In this document: positions 50,866-61,429 of the stretch, piece by piece
Position numbering within the stretch: the stretch's first letter is position 1
Layout of the letters: each line of letters starts with the position of its first letter
Assembly (NCBI GenBank): GCA_963765815.1
Contig: CAVXXT010000008.1
Span: 434,666-498,665, forward strand
Length of the DNA: 64,000 nt
Direction: 5' to 3'
DNA from: an uncultured Actinomycetota bacterium
GTDB lineage: Bacteria > Actinomycetota > Actinomycetes > BP-191
Position numbers and translations under genes: made by a program
The notes under the pieces: generated by a model
Databases searched by the model: none
What the model was told of the DNA's origin: nothing
Seen by the model: the letters and a program-made list of their open reading frames with translations, nothing else

Positions 50866-52806
50866 GTGTACCGAGTTTCCCAGCGCCTTGCCCTGCTCGG
50901 CGCCACCACCATCGCGACGGCGGCCACCGCCTTCGCCGTGCTCGGCGGCCCCTCAGCGGCCGCCGCGGCGACGGACTACACGGCCTCGGCGCAGGCGGAC
51001 CTCGTGCACGTCAACGCGGTCAACACGCCCACCATCAACATCGCCGACGCCTTCGTCGCGCCGGTGAGCTCGGCGGTGGACAGCGCCGGCGACCCGCGCT
51101 CGACCGCGACCGCGACCAATGCCTCGGTGAACCTGCTCGGCACCGGTCCGACCTCACTCGTCGTCGAGGCGACCCAGAGCGCGCCGGAGGACAACCCGGA
51201 CCCCGCGCACGAGGAGCTGCTCACCGTGCCGGGTGCGCCGCTGCTGACGGCGACCGTCACCTCCGCCGACGCCTCGGCCCGGTGGGCCGGTGACGGCCAG
51301 TGCTTCCTGACCGGCCCGATGGCGTCGTCGAAGAGCACCGTCGCCGACGCGGTAGTCCTGCCCGCCGCGCCGACCGGCGGCGACCTGGTCTCCCTGAACA
51401 ACACCGCCGACCCGACCGGTGCCGCCGTTTCGGCGACGTCGCTCTCGCTGGTGAAGAACGGCGCGACGTACGCCGTGCAGTCCACCAGCCTCACCGAGGT
51501 CACGTCGGTGAACATCGCCGGCGGAGCGATCCTCGTCGAGGTCATCGCCGCGCCCAAGGTCGTCGCGACCGCGACCGGCCTGCCCGGCGGTGCGACGACC
51601 GAGATCACCCAGCCCGTGCTCAAGGTCAACGGCACCGTGCTGGTCTCCGGCGACACGATCCGCCCGCTCAACATCCCCGGCGCGCCGGTCATCGAGCTCA
51701 CTGCCGGCAACGTGGCCGAGGAGGTCGCGGCCAACGGCACGTCGGCCCTCGGCTTCGGCAACCTGCTGAGCCTCAGGGTGCTCGACGTCACCGGCACGCT
51801 CACCCTCGCGACGCTGACGGTCGGTGACGTCGTCGCGCGTGCGACCGCCCCCGTCGGCGGCGTCGTGTGCGGCGGTCCCGCCGCGCCGCCCGGCGGCCCG
51901 GCCGCGTCGCCGGACCCGCTGCGCGAGGCGCGCAAGGACAGCTCGGTGCTGACCGTCAACGCCGGCCACACCTTCGACTACACGATCACGGTCCCCAACC
52001 GCGGCAACGCCGACATCACCGACGTGACCGTCACGGACACGGTGACGGGCACGCCTGCGCTCGAGCTGGTCCGAGCGGTCCCGGCACCGGCGTCGAGGAA
52101 CGGCAACGTCTACACGTTCAACCTCGGCACCATCAAGCCCAACCAGATCAAGACGGTCGAGCTGACCTTCAAGGTGCCGAGCAGCGCTTCGGTCGGCACG
52201 GCGTACCGCAACTCAGCGGTGATCGCCGGCACCTACGACGGCACGCCGATCACCAAGACCGTGGCCTTCGACGGCCCGACCGTCGACGCGGTCGGCACGG
52301 GGGCGTGCGACCTGCGGCGCTCGACGATGTTCGCCAGCAACCTCGAGGTGACGCCGGGCGAGACGTTCACCTACTACGTGAACGTCTTCAACGTCGGCAG
52401 CGAGCCCTGCACCCAGGTCGTGGTCAACGACACGCTGATCGACACGGTCACGTTCGTCGCCTGCACGCACAGCTGCACGCACCAGGGGCAGAAGATCACC
52501 TGGCCGGTCGGCACCGTCGGCCCGGGCGCGTCCACACAGGTCGCGGTCACGGTGGTCACCGACGCCGATGCCTTGCCGGGTGCCAGGCTGCCCGGTGAGG
52601 CGCAGATCACCTCGGCTGAAGGGTCGACGGCGCGGCCGTCCACCGCTGGGCCGCTCGTCAGCGGTCGCTCGGTGCCCGCACCGGGCAACCCCGCAGTTCG
52701 CGGCGGCAAGGCGCTCCCGGCCACCGGCGGCGCACCGCTGGTCGCCGTGGTCGCGGCCCTGCTCGCCGGATGCGCGGCGGTGCTCCGCCGCCGAAGCATC
52801 GCCTGA
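50866..52806 (+). CDS. DUF11-repeat cell-surface protein with LPXTG sortase anchor
   Basis: GTG 50866, 5 nt after GGAGA. The upstream part of track ORF 50512.. is antisense to the response regulator. Signal peptide VYRVSQRLALLGATTIATAATAFAVLGGPSAAAAA. Two DUF11-like modules (FDYTITVPNRGNADITDVTVTDTV; FTYYVNVFNVGSEPCTQVVVNDTL). LPATG plus hydrophobic stretch plus RRRS. Confidence 0.8.
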   Translation: MYRVSQRLALLGATTIATAATAFAVLGGPSAAAAATDYTASAQADLVHVNAVNTPTINIADAFVAPVSSAVDSAGDPRSTATATNASVNLLGTGPTSLVVEATQSAPEDNPDPAHEELLTVPGAPLLTATVTSADASARWAGDGQCFLTGPMASSKSTVADAVVLPAAPTGGDLVSLNNTADPTGAAVSATSLSLVKNGATYAVQSTSLTEVTSVNIAGGAILVEVIAAPKVVATATGLPGGATTEITQPVLKVNGTVLVSGDTIRPLNIPGAPVIELTAGNVAEEVAANGTSALGFGNLLSLRVLDVTGTLTLATLTVGDVVARATAPVGGVVCGGPAAPPGGPAASPDPLREARKDSSVLTVNAGHTFDYTITVPNRGNADITDVTVTDTVTGTPALELVRAVPAPASRNGNVYTFNLGTIKPNQIKTVELTFKVPSSASVGTAYRNSAVIAGTYDGTPITKTVAFDGPTVDAVGTGACDLRRSTMFASNLEVTPGETFTYYVNVFNVGSEPCTQVVVNDTLIDTVTFVACTHSCTHQGQKITWPVGTVGPGASTQVAVTVVTDADALPGARLPGEAQITSAEGSTARPSTAGPLVSGRSVPAPGNPAVRGGKALPATGGAPLVAVVAALLAGCAAVLRRRSIA

Positions 52807-52830
52807 CCGACGTCGTACGCCGCACGGGTA

Positions 52831-52859
52831 CCCTTGCCTCCTGACCAGGGAGGCAAGGG
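52831..52859 (+). terminator. perfect hairpin between the LPXTG gene and glmS (terminator and/or RBS-sequestering element)
   Basis: cccttgcctcc - tgaccag - ggaggcaaggg, an 11-bp perfect stem. It starts 25 nt after the upstream stop and ends 5 nt before the glmS GTG. The 3' arm contains the only SD-like GGAGG. Confidence 0.55.
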
Positions 52860-52864
52860 CGCCT

Positions 52865-54697
52865 GTGTGCGGCATCGTGGGATACGTCGGTGAGCAGGAC
52901 GCGCTCGAGGTGGTCCTCGAGGGCCTCCGACGGCTCGAGTACCGCGGCTACGACTCCGCGGGCGTGGCCGTCCTCGACACCGCGGCCGGCACCCTCGGCG
53001 TGCAGCGGCGCGCCGGCAAGCTCGCCAACCTCGAGAAGTCGCTCGACGGCGTCGCGCTGCCCGGCACGCTCGGCATCGGCCACACCCGGTGGGCGACGCA
53101 CGGCCCGCCGACGGACGCCAACGCGCACCCGCATGTCGACTGCGCGGGCCGCGTCGCCGTGGTCCACAACGGCACCATCGAGAACTTCGAGCAGCTGCTC
53201 GACGGGCTGCAGCAGCGCGGTCACGAGCGCCGCAGCGACACCGACACCGAGGTGGTCGCCCACCTGATCGAGGAGCGGTACGACGGCGACCTGCCGGCGG
53301 CCGTCCGCAGCGTGTGCAAGGAGCTCGAGGGCTCGTTCGTCCTGGTCGTGACGCACGCCGACCAGCCCGACCTGGTCGTCGGCGCGCGGCGCAACCTGCC
53401 GCTCATCGCCGGCATCGGCGACGGCGAGAGCTTTCTCGGCAGCGACGTGACCGCCTTCATCGGGCACACGCGGACCGCGCGGGTGATCGACCAGGACCAG
53501 GTGGTCGAGCTGCGCCGCTCCGGGGTCACGGTCACCGATCTCGACGGCACCGTCGTCGAGGGCGAGACGTTCCACGTCGACTGGGACACCGCCGCCGCCG
53601 AGAAGGGCGGCTACGAGTTCTTCATGCTCAAGGAGATCGAGGAGCAGCCGGGTGCGCTGCGCGACACCCTCGGTGGCCGGCTGCGCGCCGACGGGCTGCT
53701 GCACCTCGACGAGCTGGCGATGAGCGACGAGGACGTCCGCGGCATCGAGCAGGTCTTCATCGTCGCGTGCGGGTCGGCGTACCACTCGAGCCTGGTCGGC
53801 AAATACGCGATCGAGCGGTGGACCCGGCTGCCGGTGCAGGTGGAGATGGCCTCGGAGTTCCGCTACCGGGACCCGGTCGTCGGCCGCAACACCCTCGTCA
53901 TCGCGGTCAGCCAGAGCGGCGAGACCGCCGACACGCTCGAGGCGGTCCGGCACGCACGCAGCCAGAAGGCGTGGGTGCTCGCGGTCACCAACACGATCGG
54001 CTCGACGATCTCGCGGGAGAGCGACGCAGCCCTCTACACGCGAGGTGGGCCCGAGGTCGCGGTCGCGTCGACCAAGGCGGTGATGACGCAGATCACCGCG
54101 ATGTACCTCGTCGGCCTCTACCTCGCGCAGCTGCGCGGGACGCGCGACCCGGACGAGGTGCGCGCGCACCTGCGCGATCTGCAGGTGATCCCAGACCTGG
54201 TCACCGAGGTGCTGTCCCGGATGGGACAGGTGCGCGAGCTCGCGCAGCAGATCGCCGGAGCGGAGCGGGTGCTCTTCATCGGCCGGCACGTCGGCTACCC
54301 GATGGCTCTCGAGGGCGCGCTGAAGCTCAAGGAGCTGGCCTACGTCTCCGCCGAGGGCTACCCGGCCGGTGAGATCAAGCACGGCCCGATCGCGCTGGTC
54401 GAGGACGGCACTCCGGTCGTGGTGCTCGCGGCTCGGCATGCGCTGTCGGCGAAGCTGGTCAACAACGTGCAGGAGGTCCGCGCTCGCGGCGCTCTGACCA
54501 TCGTCATCGCGACCGACGGGGACGAGTCGGTGACGCCGTACGCCGATCACGTCATCCGCGTGCCGGACACCAAGTCGCTGCTGTCACCGCTGCTGACCAT
54601 CGTGCCGATGCAGGTCCTTGCGGCCGAGGTCGCCCGCGCTCGCGGTCTCGACGTCGACCAGCCGCGCAACCTGGCCAAGTCCGTCACCGTCGAGTAG
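52865..54697 (+). CDS. glmS: glutamine--fructose-6-phosphate aminotransferase
   Basis: GTG 52865 then Cys ([10 protein letters not shown]-terminal nucleophile). Two SIS domains, ends NLAKSVTVE. The upstream part of track ORF 52568.. is discarded. Confidence 0.95.
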   Translation: MCGIVGYVGEQDALEVVLEGLRRLEYRGYDSAGVAVLDTAAGTLGVQRRAGKLANLEKSLDGVALPGTLGIGHTRWATHGPPTDANAHPHVDCAGRVAVVHNGTIENFEQLLDGLQQRGHERRSDTDTEVVAHLIEERYDGDLPAAVRSVCKELEGSFVLVVTHADQPDLVVGARRNLPLIAGIGDGESFLGSDVTAFIGHTRTARVIDQDQVVELRRSGVTVTDLDGTVVEGETFHVDWDTAAAEKGGYEFFMLKEIEEQPGALRDTLGGRLRADGLLHLDELAMSDEDVRGIEQVFIVACGSAYHSSLVGKYAIERWTRLPVQVEMASEFRYRDPVVGRNTLVIAVSQSGETADTLEAVRHARSQKAWVLAVTNTIGSTISRESDAALYTRGGPEVAVASTKAVMTQITAMYLVGLYLAQLRGTRDPDEVRAHLRDLQVIPDLVTEVLSRMGQVRELAQQIAGAERVLFIGRHVGYPMALEGALKLKELAYVSAEGYPAGEIKHGPIALVEDGTPVVVLAARHALSAKLVNNVQEVRARGALTIVIATDGDESVTPYADHVIRVPDTKSLLSPLLTIVPMQVLAAEVARARGLDVDQPRNLAKSVTVE

Positions 54698-54701
54698 CGC
54701 C

Positions 54702-55073
54702 GTGACGGTCGTGGGCATCGGCGTCGACGTCTGCGCCGTCGAGCGGATGGCGACGATGCTTCGCCGTACGCCGAGGGCCGGCGACCGCCTGTTCACGGCT
54801 GCGGAGCGCGACTACGCGGGCAGTGGCGGTGCGGCCCCGGCCCGGCTGGCCGCGCGGTTCGCGGCCAAGGAGGCCGTGGTGAAGGCGCTGGGCGGCAGCG
54901 TCCCCGGCATGGGGTGGCACGACGTCGAGGTGGTCTCCGACGGCGGGGCGCCGACGATCGTGGTCCGTGGCGCGGGGGCGGCGCGTGCCGATGAGCTCGG
55001 CGTACGGCGGTGGCACCTGTCGCTGAGCCATGACGGCGGGCTCGCGGTCGCGATGGTGGTGGCCGAGTCGTGA
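54702..55073 (+). CDS. acpS: holo-[acyl-carrier-protein] synthase
   Basis: GTG 54702. [44 protein letters not shown]. Confidence 0.88.
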   Translation: MTVVGIGVDVCAVERMATMLRRTPRAGDRLFTAAERDYAGSGGAAPARLAARFAAKEAVVKALGGSVPGMGWHDVEVVSDGGAPTIVVRGAGAARADELGVRRWHLSLSHDGGLAVAMVVAES

Positions 55074-56539
55074 GGTGGGTGCGCACGGTTGCCGAGGTCC
55101 GCGCGGCCGAGGCCGACGGCGGAGTCGACGAGGCGACGCTGATCGGCCGCGCTTCGTGGGCCGTCGCGCACCGGGTCATCGCGGCGGCGGGCAGCGCCTA
55201 CGGGCTGCGCGTGCTGGTTGCGGCAGGCCCGGGACACAACGGCGCGGACGCGCTGTGGGCGGGCGTCCACCTGGCGCGGCGCGGCGCCTCGGTGACGGCG
55301 TGGCGCGTGACGGAGCGGACGGGGGACGGGCACTCCGATGCGGCGGTGCGCGCGCTCGCCGCGGCCGGCGCACGCGGCACTGCCGTGCCGCCCGAGGGGA
55401 CGGCGTACGACGTCGGCGTCGACGGGCTCACCGGCATCGGATACCAGCAGCGCGACGCCGCGAGTGAGGAGCCGTTCGCGCGGGCGGCCGCGCTGCTGCG
55501 CGACTCGTGCGACCTCGTGGTGGCGGTCGACCTGCCGAGTGGCGTGGTCGCAGACACCGGCGTCGCGGCGGCGTGGGCGGCGCGCGCCGACGTCACCGTG
55601 ACCTTCGGGACGTTGAAAGCAGGGCTCGTGACCGGCGCGGGTGCCGAGCTCGCCGGCGTGGTCGAGGTCGCGCCGATCGGCCTCGACGACGGTGTGCCGA
55701 CGGCGGCATCTCTGCTCGACGCCGACGACGTGGCGGCACTGCTCCCGACGCCCGGGCCGACCTCGACGAAGTACAGCCGCGGCGGAGTCGGACTCGTCGG
55801 CGGTGGTGAGGCGTACGTCGGCGCCGCGGTGCTCGCCGCCGGCGGCGCTCTGCACGCGGGGGCGGGCATCGTCCGGCTGCATGCGCCGCCCGACACGATC
55901 GCCGCGGTGCGCGCGCAGTGGCCCGAGGTGGTCGGCGTACCTCTCGACCCCGGCGCCATAGCGAAGGACCGCAAGGTCGACGCGTGGGTGGCCGGCCCCG
56001 GCATGGGCACCGACGACGCGGCGCGCGACGTGCTGCGCGCGGTGCTCGCGACCGACCGGCCGGTGCTGCTCGACGCCGACGCGGTCACCCTGATCGCGAC
56101 TGCGCCGGACGACGTGCGCACCCGCTCGGCGCCGACCGTGCTGACGCCGCACACGGGCGAGTTCGAGCGACTCACCGGGGTCGCGGCGCGCGCCGCCGCC
56201 GCCGACCCGCTCGGCGCGGCGCGCCGCGCCGCGGCCGATCTCGACGTCACCGTGCTGCTCAAGGGGATGCGCACCGTCGTCGCGTCGCCGGACGGCACGG
56301 CTCGCGTCAATCCGACCGGCACGCCGTGGCTGGCCGTCGCCGGGTCCGGAGACGTGCTGTCGGGCGCGATCGGCGCCTACCTCGCGGCCGCGCTCTCGCC
56401 GTTGGACGCCGCGTCGTGCGGCGCGTGGCTGCACGGCCTGGCCGGGCGGCTCGCGTCCGACGGCGCGCCGTCCCTCGCGTCCGACGTCATCGCGTGGTGG
56501 CCCGCGGCGGTACGCCGGGTGCGTGGCGCCGGTGGGTAG
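55070..56539 (+). CDS. nnr: bifunctional NAD(P)H-hydrate epimerase / ADP-dependent (S)-NAD(P)H-hydrate dehydratase
   Basis: 489 aa, GTGA overlap with acpS. YjeF-N part ([18 protein letters not shown]), C-terminal kinase-fold part ([39 protein letters not shown]). Confidence 0.85.
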   Translation: MRWVRTVAEVRAAEADGGVDEATLIGRASWAVAHRVIAAAGSAYGLRVLVAAGPGHNGADALWAGVHLARRGASVTAWRVTERTGDGHSDAAVRALAAAGARGTAVPPEGTAYDVGVDGLTGIGYQQRDAASEEPFARAAALLRDSCDLVVAVDLPSGVVADTGVAAAWAARADVTVTFGTLKAGLVTGAGAELAGVVEVAPIGLDDGVPTAASLLDADDVAALLPTPGPTSTKYSRGGVGLVGGGEAYVGAAVLAAGGALHAGAGIVRLHAPPDTIAAVRAQWPEVVGVPLDPGAIAKDRKVDAWVAGPGMGTDDAARDVLRAVLATDRPVLLDADAVTLIATAPDDVRTRSAPTVLTPHTGEFERLTGVAARAAAADPLGAARRAAADLDVTVLLKGMRTVVASPDGTARVNPTGTPWLAVAGSGDVLSGAIGAYLAAALSPLDAASCGAWLHGLAGRLASDGAPSLASDVIAWWPAAVRRVRGAGG

Positions 56540-56548
56540 CCTCAGCGG

Positions 56549-57710
56549 GTGACCTCGTCGACCGATCGCGCGCCGCTGACGGCGCGCGCGCAGGCTGACG
56601 TCGACCTCGACGCGATCCGCGAGTCGGTCGGCGTGCTGCGCGCGCGGGCCGGCGCAGCCGCGGTCATGGCGGTCGTCAAGGCCGACGGCTACGGCCACGG
56701 CGCGGTGCCCTCGGCGCGGGCGGCGCTCGGCGCGGGCGCAACCTGGCTCGCGGTGGCCTACGTCGAGGAGGCCGCGCACCTGCGCGCTGCCGGCATCGAC
56801 GTGCCGTTGCTGGTCCTGGTCGAGCCGCCGCCGACCGCCATCGTCAAGGCGGTCGAGCTGGGCGCTGACGTAGGGGTCGGAAGCGCGGCTGCGCTCACCG
56901 CCGCAGCGCACGCGGGCATGGCGGCCGGAGCGCCCGCCCGGGTTCACCTCAAGGCCGACACTGGCCTGTCCCGGGGCGGCGCCACCGGCGCGGAGTGGCC
57001 GGAGCTGTGCGCGGCCGCCGCGCGCGCCGAGTCCGACGGCACGATCAGCGTCGTCGGCGTCTGGAGCCACCTGGCCTGCGCCGACCAGCCGGCGCATCCG
57101 AGCGTCGTCGGGCAGCTGTCGGCGTACCGCGAGGCTCTCGGCATCGCCGAGCAGCGCCGGGCTGCGGCCGCAGGTGCGGCACCTGGCCAGCTCCGGCGCC
57201 ACGCTCGCGCTGCCGGAGACGCACTTCGACCTGGTCCGGCCCGGCATCTCGGTCTACGGGCTCTCGCCCGGGCCTGCGGTCGGCACCAGCGCGTCGCTCG
57301 GGCTGCGGCCGGCGATGCGGCTGCGCGCGCGCGTCGCGCTGACCAAGCAGGTGCCCGCCGGCACCGGCGTCGGCTACGGGCACCGCCACGTGACCTCCGG
57401 CGAGACGACGCTCGCGCTGGTCCCGCTCGGGTACGCCGACGGCATCCCGCGCGCGGCGAGCGGCGTGGGCGAGATCATGGTCGGGGGACGGCGCCGCGTG
57501 ATCGTCGGCGCGGTGAGCATGGACCAGGTCGTCGTGGAGGTCGGGGAGGACATGGTGGCGGCGGGCGACGAGGCGGTGGTGTTCGGCCCCGGAGATGACG
57601 GCGAGCCGACCGCCGACGAGTGGGCGCAGGCGCTCGGCACGATCGGCTACGAGGTCGTGACCCGGATCGGCCCGCGCGTGCCCCGCGTCTACACCGGCGA
57701 GGGCGCATGA
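56549..57710 (+). pseudogene. alr: alanine racemase with one +1 frameshift near 57158 (as sequenced)
   Basis: Track ORF 56549.. (PLP lysine context AVVKADGYGHG) and ORF 57174..57710 (HLASSGATLALPETHFDLVRPGISVYG, GYGHRHV, PLGYADG, VSMDQ) are the two halves. Join at cgc-c-ggg. Length 1162 = 3n+1. Confidence 0.88.
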
Positions 57711-58775
57711 GCCCGTCGCGGCGCGGGCTGGTCGTCGGCGGAGTCGTCGGCTCGGTGGCGGCCGGCGTCGCCGCCGGCGTCGCGCTGGAGAAGCTGGTCG
57801 TCGGCCGCACCCGTCTGCGCCCCGATCCGGAGGCGAGCGAGGCGTTCGGCCGGCTGCCGGGCGAGGTCTCGCGTCGTGCACCTGCCCGACGGCGTCGACC
57901 TGCACGTCGAGGAGACCGGCGCCGGCCCGGTCACCGTCGTCTTCTGCCACGGCTGGGCGCTGTCGCTCGCCAGCTGGCACTACCAGCGCAAGGACCTCGG
58001 CGACGTCGCGCGCTTGGTCTTCTACGACCACCGCGCGCACGGCCGCAGCACCAAGGGCGACCCGAAGCGGCACACCATCGACCAGCTCGGCACCGACCTC
58101 GCGGCGGTGATCGACGCCGTCGCGCCGAGCGGACCTGTTGTGCTGGTCGGTCACTCGATGGGCGGCATGACGATCATGGCGCTGGCCGACCAGCGACCCG
58201 AGCTGTTCGGGCCGAGAGTCGTCGGCGTGGTCCTGATCGGCACGTCGGCCGGCCGGCTGCTCGACATCGGCGCGGCGCTGTCGACGAGAGCGACCGCGCT
58301 GCTCACCAACCAGCTGCTGCCGCGGCTGCAGTCGATCGCGACCCGGCGGGCCGCCCTGGTCGAGCGCGGCCGGCGGATGGGCAGCGACGTGTCGTTCCTG
58401 CTCAACCGGTTCACCGGCTTCGGCCCCAACGCCAGCCCGGCGCAGGTGGAGTTCGTCGAGCGGATGATCGCGGCGACGCCGATCGAGGTGATCTCGTCGT
58501 TCAGCGGCACCTTCCCGGTGCACGACAAGTTCGAGGCGCTGCGCCACATGGGCTCGGTGCCGGTGCTGGTCCTCGCCGGCGCACAGGACCGGCTCACCCC
58601 GCTGTCGCACGCGCGGGAGATCGCCGAGCGCACGCCCGGCGCGGAGCTGATCCCGTTCGCCGGCGCGGGTCACATGGTGATGTTCGAGCGCGCGCCGCTG
58701 GTCAACCTGCACCTGCGCGCGTTCCTCCGCCGTGCGGCGCGCGGCGGCCGGCGTACCGGCCAGCGCGGCGCGTGA
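57707..58775 (+). pseudogene. membrane-anchored alpha/beta hydrolase with one +1 frameshift near 57870 (as sequenced; alternatively a shorter intact CDS from GTG 57876)
   Basis: ATG 57707 (ATGA overlap with alr) gives a TM anchor GLVVGGVVGSVAAGVAAGVAL..RLRPDPEASEAFGRLPGE. Catalytic domain in ORF 57876..58775 (VVFCHGW, nucleophile elbow GHSMGG, AGAGHMVM). Confidence 0.75.
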
Positions 58776-59251
58776 CCACAGCGCAGACCGTTCGCGTCGC
58801 GACGCCCGGTGAGATGCACGACCTCGGCGCGCGGATCGCGGCGCGCTGCCGGCCCGGTGACCTGGTGGTGCTCTCCGGCCCGCTCGGCGCCGGCAAGACC
58901 GTGGTCGCGCAGGGGATCGGCGCCGGGCTCGGCGTCGACGGGGCGGTGACGTCGCCGACGTTCGTCATCGCCCGGGTGCACCGCGGCGGGCGGCTGCCTC
59001 TGGTGCATGTCGACGCCTACCGGCTCGCCTCGCTCGCCGAGGTCGACGACCTCGACCTCGACACCGCTCTTGAGGCATCGGTCACCGTTGTCGAGTGGGG
59101 CGCCGGGCTGGTCGAACGGCTGTCCGACGCGCACCTCCTTATCTCGATAGCTCGGCATGACGACGACGTACGCCGGGTCGCGATCGACGGGGTCGGCGCG
59201 CGGTGGACCGCCGCCGACGTCGGGGAGATCGCGGGCGGGACCGCCGGCTGA
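58772..59251 (+). CDS. tsaE: tRNA t6A37 biosynthesis ATPase TsaE
   Basis: GTG 58772 (GTGA overlap). LSGPLGAGKTVVAQGIG, VTSPTFVI, HVDAYRL. Confidence 0.88.
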   Translation: MTTAQTVRVATPGEMHDLGARIAARCRPGDLVVLSGPLGAGKTVVAQGIGAGLGVDGAVTSPTFVIARVHRGGRLPLVHVDAYRLASLAEVDDLDLDTALEASVTVVEWGAGLVERLSDAHLLISIARHDDDVRRVAIDGVGARWTAADVGEIAGGTAG

Positions 59252-59323
59252 TCGGGTCGTGACGTGCGTCGGATCGCCTGACATGCTCGGCATCCCTGCT
59301 CGTCCTAGCTGGAGGTCCCCGAC

Positions 59324-60866
59324 GTGGGTATGAGCCTCGCGAGTGTCCTCGCGGAGTCCGCGAGCCGGCACGCCGACAAGACCGCGGTGGTCATCGGCGA
59401 CATGCGGCTGAGCTACCAGCAGGTCTGGCACGTCGCGCGCCAGTACGCCGCGGTGCTGCGCGAGCAGGGTGTCGGACCGGGAGATCGGGTCGCGCTGCTG
59501 CTGCCCAACACGCCGCACTTCCCGTTCGCCTACTTCGGCACGCTCGCACTGGGCGCGGTGGCAGTGCCGGTGCACGCACTGCTGACGTCGGAGGAGATCG
59601 CCTACGTCCTCACCGACTCGGGCGCCAAGGCGCTGATCTGCGCCGCGCCGCTGCTGGGCGAGGGGGCGAAGGGCGCGGAGCTGGCCGGCGTACCGCTGCT
59701 CGGCGTCATGGACGGCGGGGACGCATCGATCGAGCGGATCGACGCGCTCGCGCAGGCCGCGGCGCCGATCGACACCTACGTGATGCGCGAGCCCGAGGAC
59801 ATCGCAGTCGTGCTCTACACCTCGGGCACGACCGGCAAGCCCAAGGGCGCGATGCTGACGCACCTCAACGTGCTGATGAACGTCGACGTGTCGGTGATCG
59901 ACACGTTCACGGTCACCGCTGACGACACGATCCTCGGCTGCCTGCCGCTGTTCCACACCTTCGGCCAGACCTGCTGCATGAACACCGCCTTCCGGGTCGG
60001 CGCGACGGTCGTGCTGATGCCGCGCTTCGACGGCGCCGGCGCGCTCGACCTGCTGGTCAAGGAGGAGTGCACGATCTTCATGGGCGTGCCGACGATGTAC
60101 ATCGGCCTGCTCGAAGCGGCGCGCAGCGACGAGCGGCGACCCCAGCTGCAAGGTCGCTCTGTCCGGCGGTGCCGCGCTGCCGCTGACGGTGCTCGAGTCG
60201 TTCAAGGAGATCTTCGGCGGCGACATCATGGAGGGCTACGGCCTGACCGAGACCTCGCCGGTCGCGACGTTCAACCAGGCGGCGTTCGGTCGCAAGCCGG
60301 GCACCGTCGGCAAGCCGATCTGGGGCGTCGACGTCGAGATCGCGAAGGCCGAGCTCGACGACCGGATCGAGCTGCTGCCGACCGGCGAGCTCGGCGAGGT
60401 CGTCATCCGCGGCCACAACATCTTCGCGGGCTACCTGAACAAGCCGGACGCGACCAAGGAGGCGATCGTCGACGGCTGGTTCCGCTCCGGCGACCTCGGC
60501 ACCAAGGACGCCGACGGCTTCATCACGATCGTCGACCGCAAGAAGGACATGGTCCTGCGCGGCGGGTTCAACGTGTACCCGCGCGAGGTCGAGGAGGTGC
60601 TCCTGCGCCACCCGGCCATCGGCCAGGTCGCGGTCATCGCCGTGAAGGACGACACCTACGGCGAGGAGGTCTGCGCCTGCATCATCAAGGCGTCCGACGC
60701 CTCGGCCGACGACGAGGCGCTCGCGACCGAGATCATCGCGTGGTCGCAGGAGCACCTGGCGAAGTACAAGTACCCGCGCATCGTGCACTTCGTCGACGCG
60801 TTCCCGCTCGGCCCCTCCGGCAAGGTGCTCAAGCGCGAGCTGGTCGAGCAGTTCGGCCGGCCCTGA
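59324..60866 (+). pseudogene. long-chain acyl-CoA synthetase / AMP-dependent ligase with one +1 frameshift at 60149 (as sequenced)
   Basis: N-half in ORF 59324.. (AMP motif LYTSGTTGKPKGAMLTH); C-half in ORF 60189..60866 (GYGLTETSP, WFRSGDLG, PSGKVLKREL). Join at ctg-c-aag. Length 1543 = 3n+1. Confidence 0.85.
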
Positions 60867-61417
60867 CGTCGTACGACGGCGTCGTTCTCACCGCGGGCGC
60901 CTGGCTGCTCCGCCGACCGCGCGTCGAGGAGGCTGCGCGGGCGCTCGCGATGCTCACCGATCCGGACACCGCTCTGTGGAACCCGGCGCCGCGCGTCATC
61001 GACATCGCGTCGGCGCGCGAGTGGTGCGAGCGGGGTGCCGACTGGTCTGTCGGAGGGCACGCGACGTTCTCGATCGTGGATCCGTCGGACGACCAACTGC
61101 TCGGCAACGTGTCGCTCTTCGCGATCGACGACGAGCACCTCACCGCCTCCGTCGGCTACCGGGTCGTCCCGAGCGAGCGCGGCCGCGGTGTCGCGACGAC
61201 GGGGCTGGACGCGGTCGCCGAGTGGGCCTTGGGATCACGTGGGCTGGCGCGGGTGTGGCTCCAGCACGCGGTCGACAACGTCGGGTCCTGCACCGTCGCC
61301 TCACGAGCGGGGTTCGAGCTGGAAGGAACCATGCGGTCGGCGTCGGTCTACGGCGACGGCCGCCGGTACGACGACCACCTGCACGCTCGCATCAGTGGGT
61401 GGCCTCCGGCGCCGTAG
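60863..61417 (+). CDS. GNAT family N-acetyltransferase (RimJ/RimL-like); start codon unresolved
   Basis: Tail of the ORF 59324..61417 frame: LLRRPRVEEAARALAMLTDPDTALW, GYRVVPSERGRGVATTGLDAVAEWAL, SRAGFELEG. There is no ATG/GTG/TTG between the fadD-like stop and the conserved N-terminal strand. The first ATG (60950) would truncate the fold. Confidence 0.6.
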   Translation: MTSYDGVVLTAGAWLLRRPRVEEAARALAMLTDPDTALWNPAPRVIDIASAREWCERGADWSVGGHATFSIVDPSDDQLLGNVSLFAIDDEHLTASVGYRVVPSERGRGVATTGLDAVAEWALGSRGLARVWLQHAVDNVGSCTVASRAGFELEGTMRSASVYGDGRRYDDHLHARISGWPPAP

Positions 61418-61429
61418 GGTGGAGCCACC

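Noticed and set aside
52807-52864. Possible glmS ribozyme/riboswitch upstream of glmS.
   Set aside because: Only 58 nt are available and they are fully accounted for by one simple hairpin. The glmS ribozyme core is about three times longer and is not expected in Actinobacteria.
59324-61417. 697-aa ORF suggesting a ligase-GNAT fusion.
   Set aside because: The middle third is out-of-frame sequence after the 60149 frameshift. The true ligase C-terminus is ORF 60189..60866 with its own stop, and the GNAT merely shares the frame of the ligase N-half.
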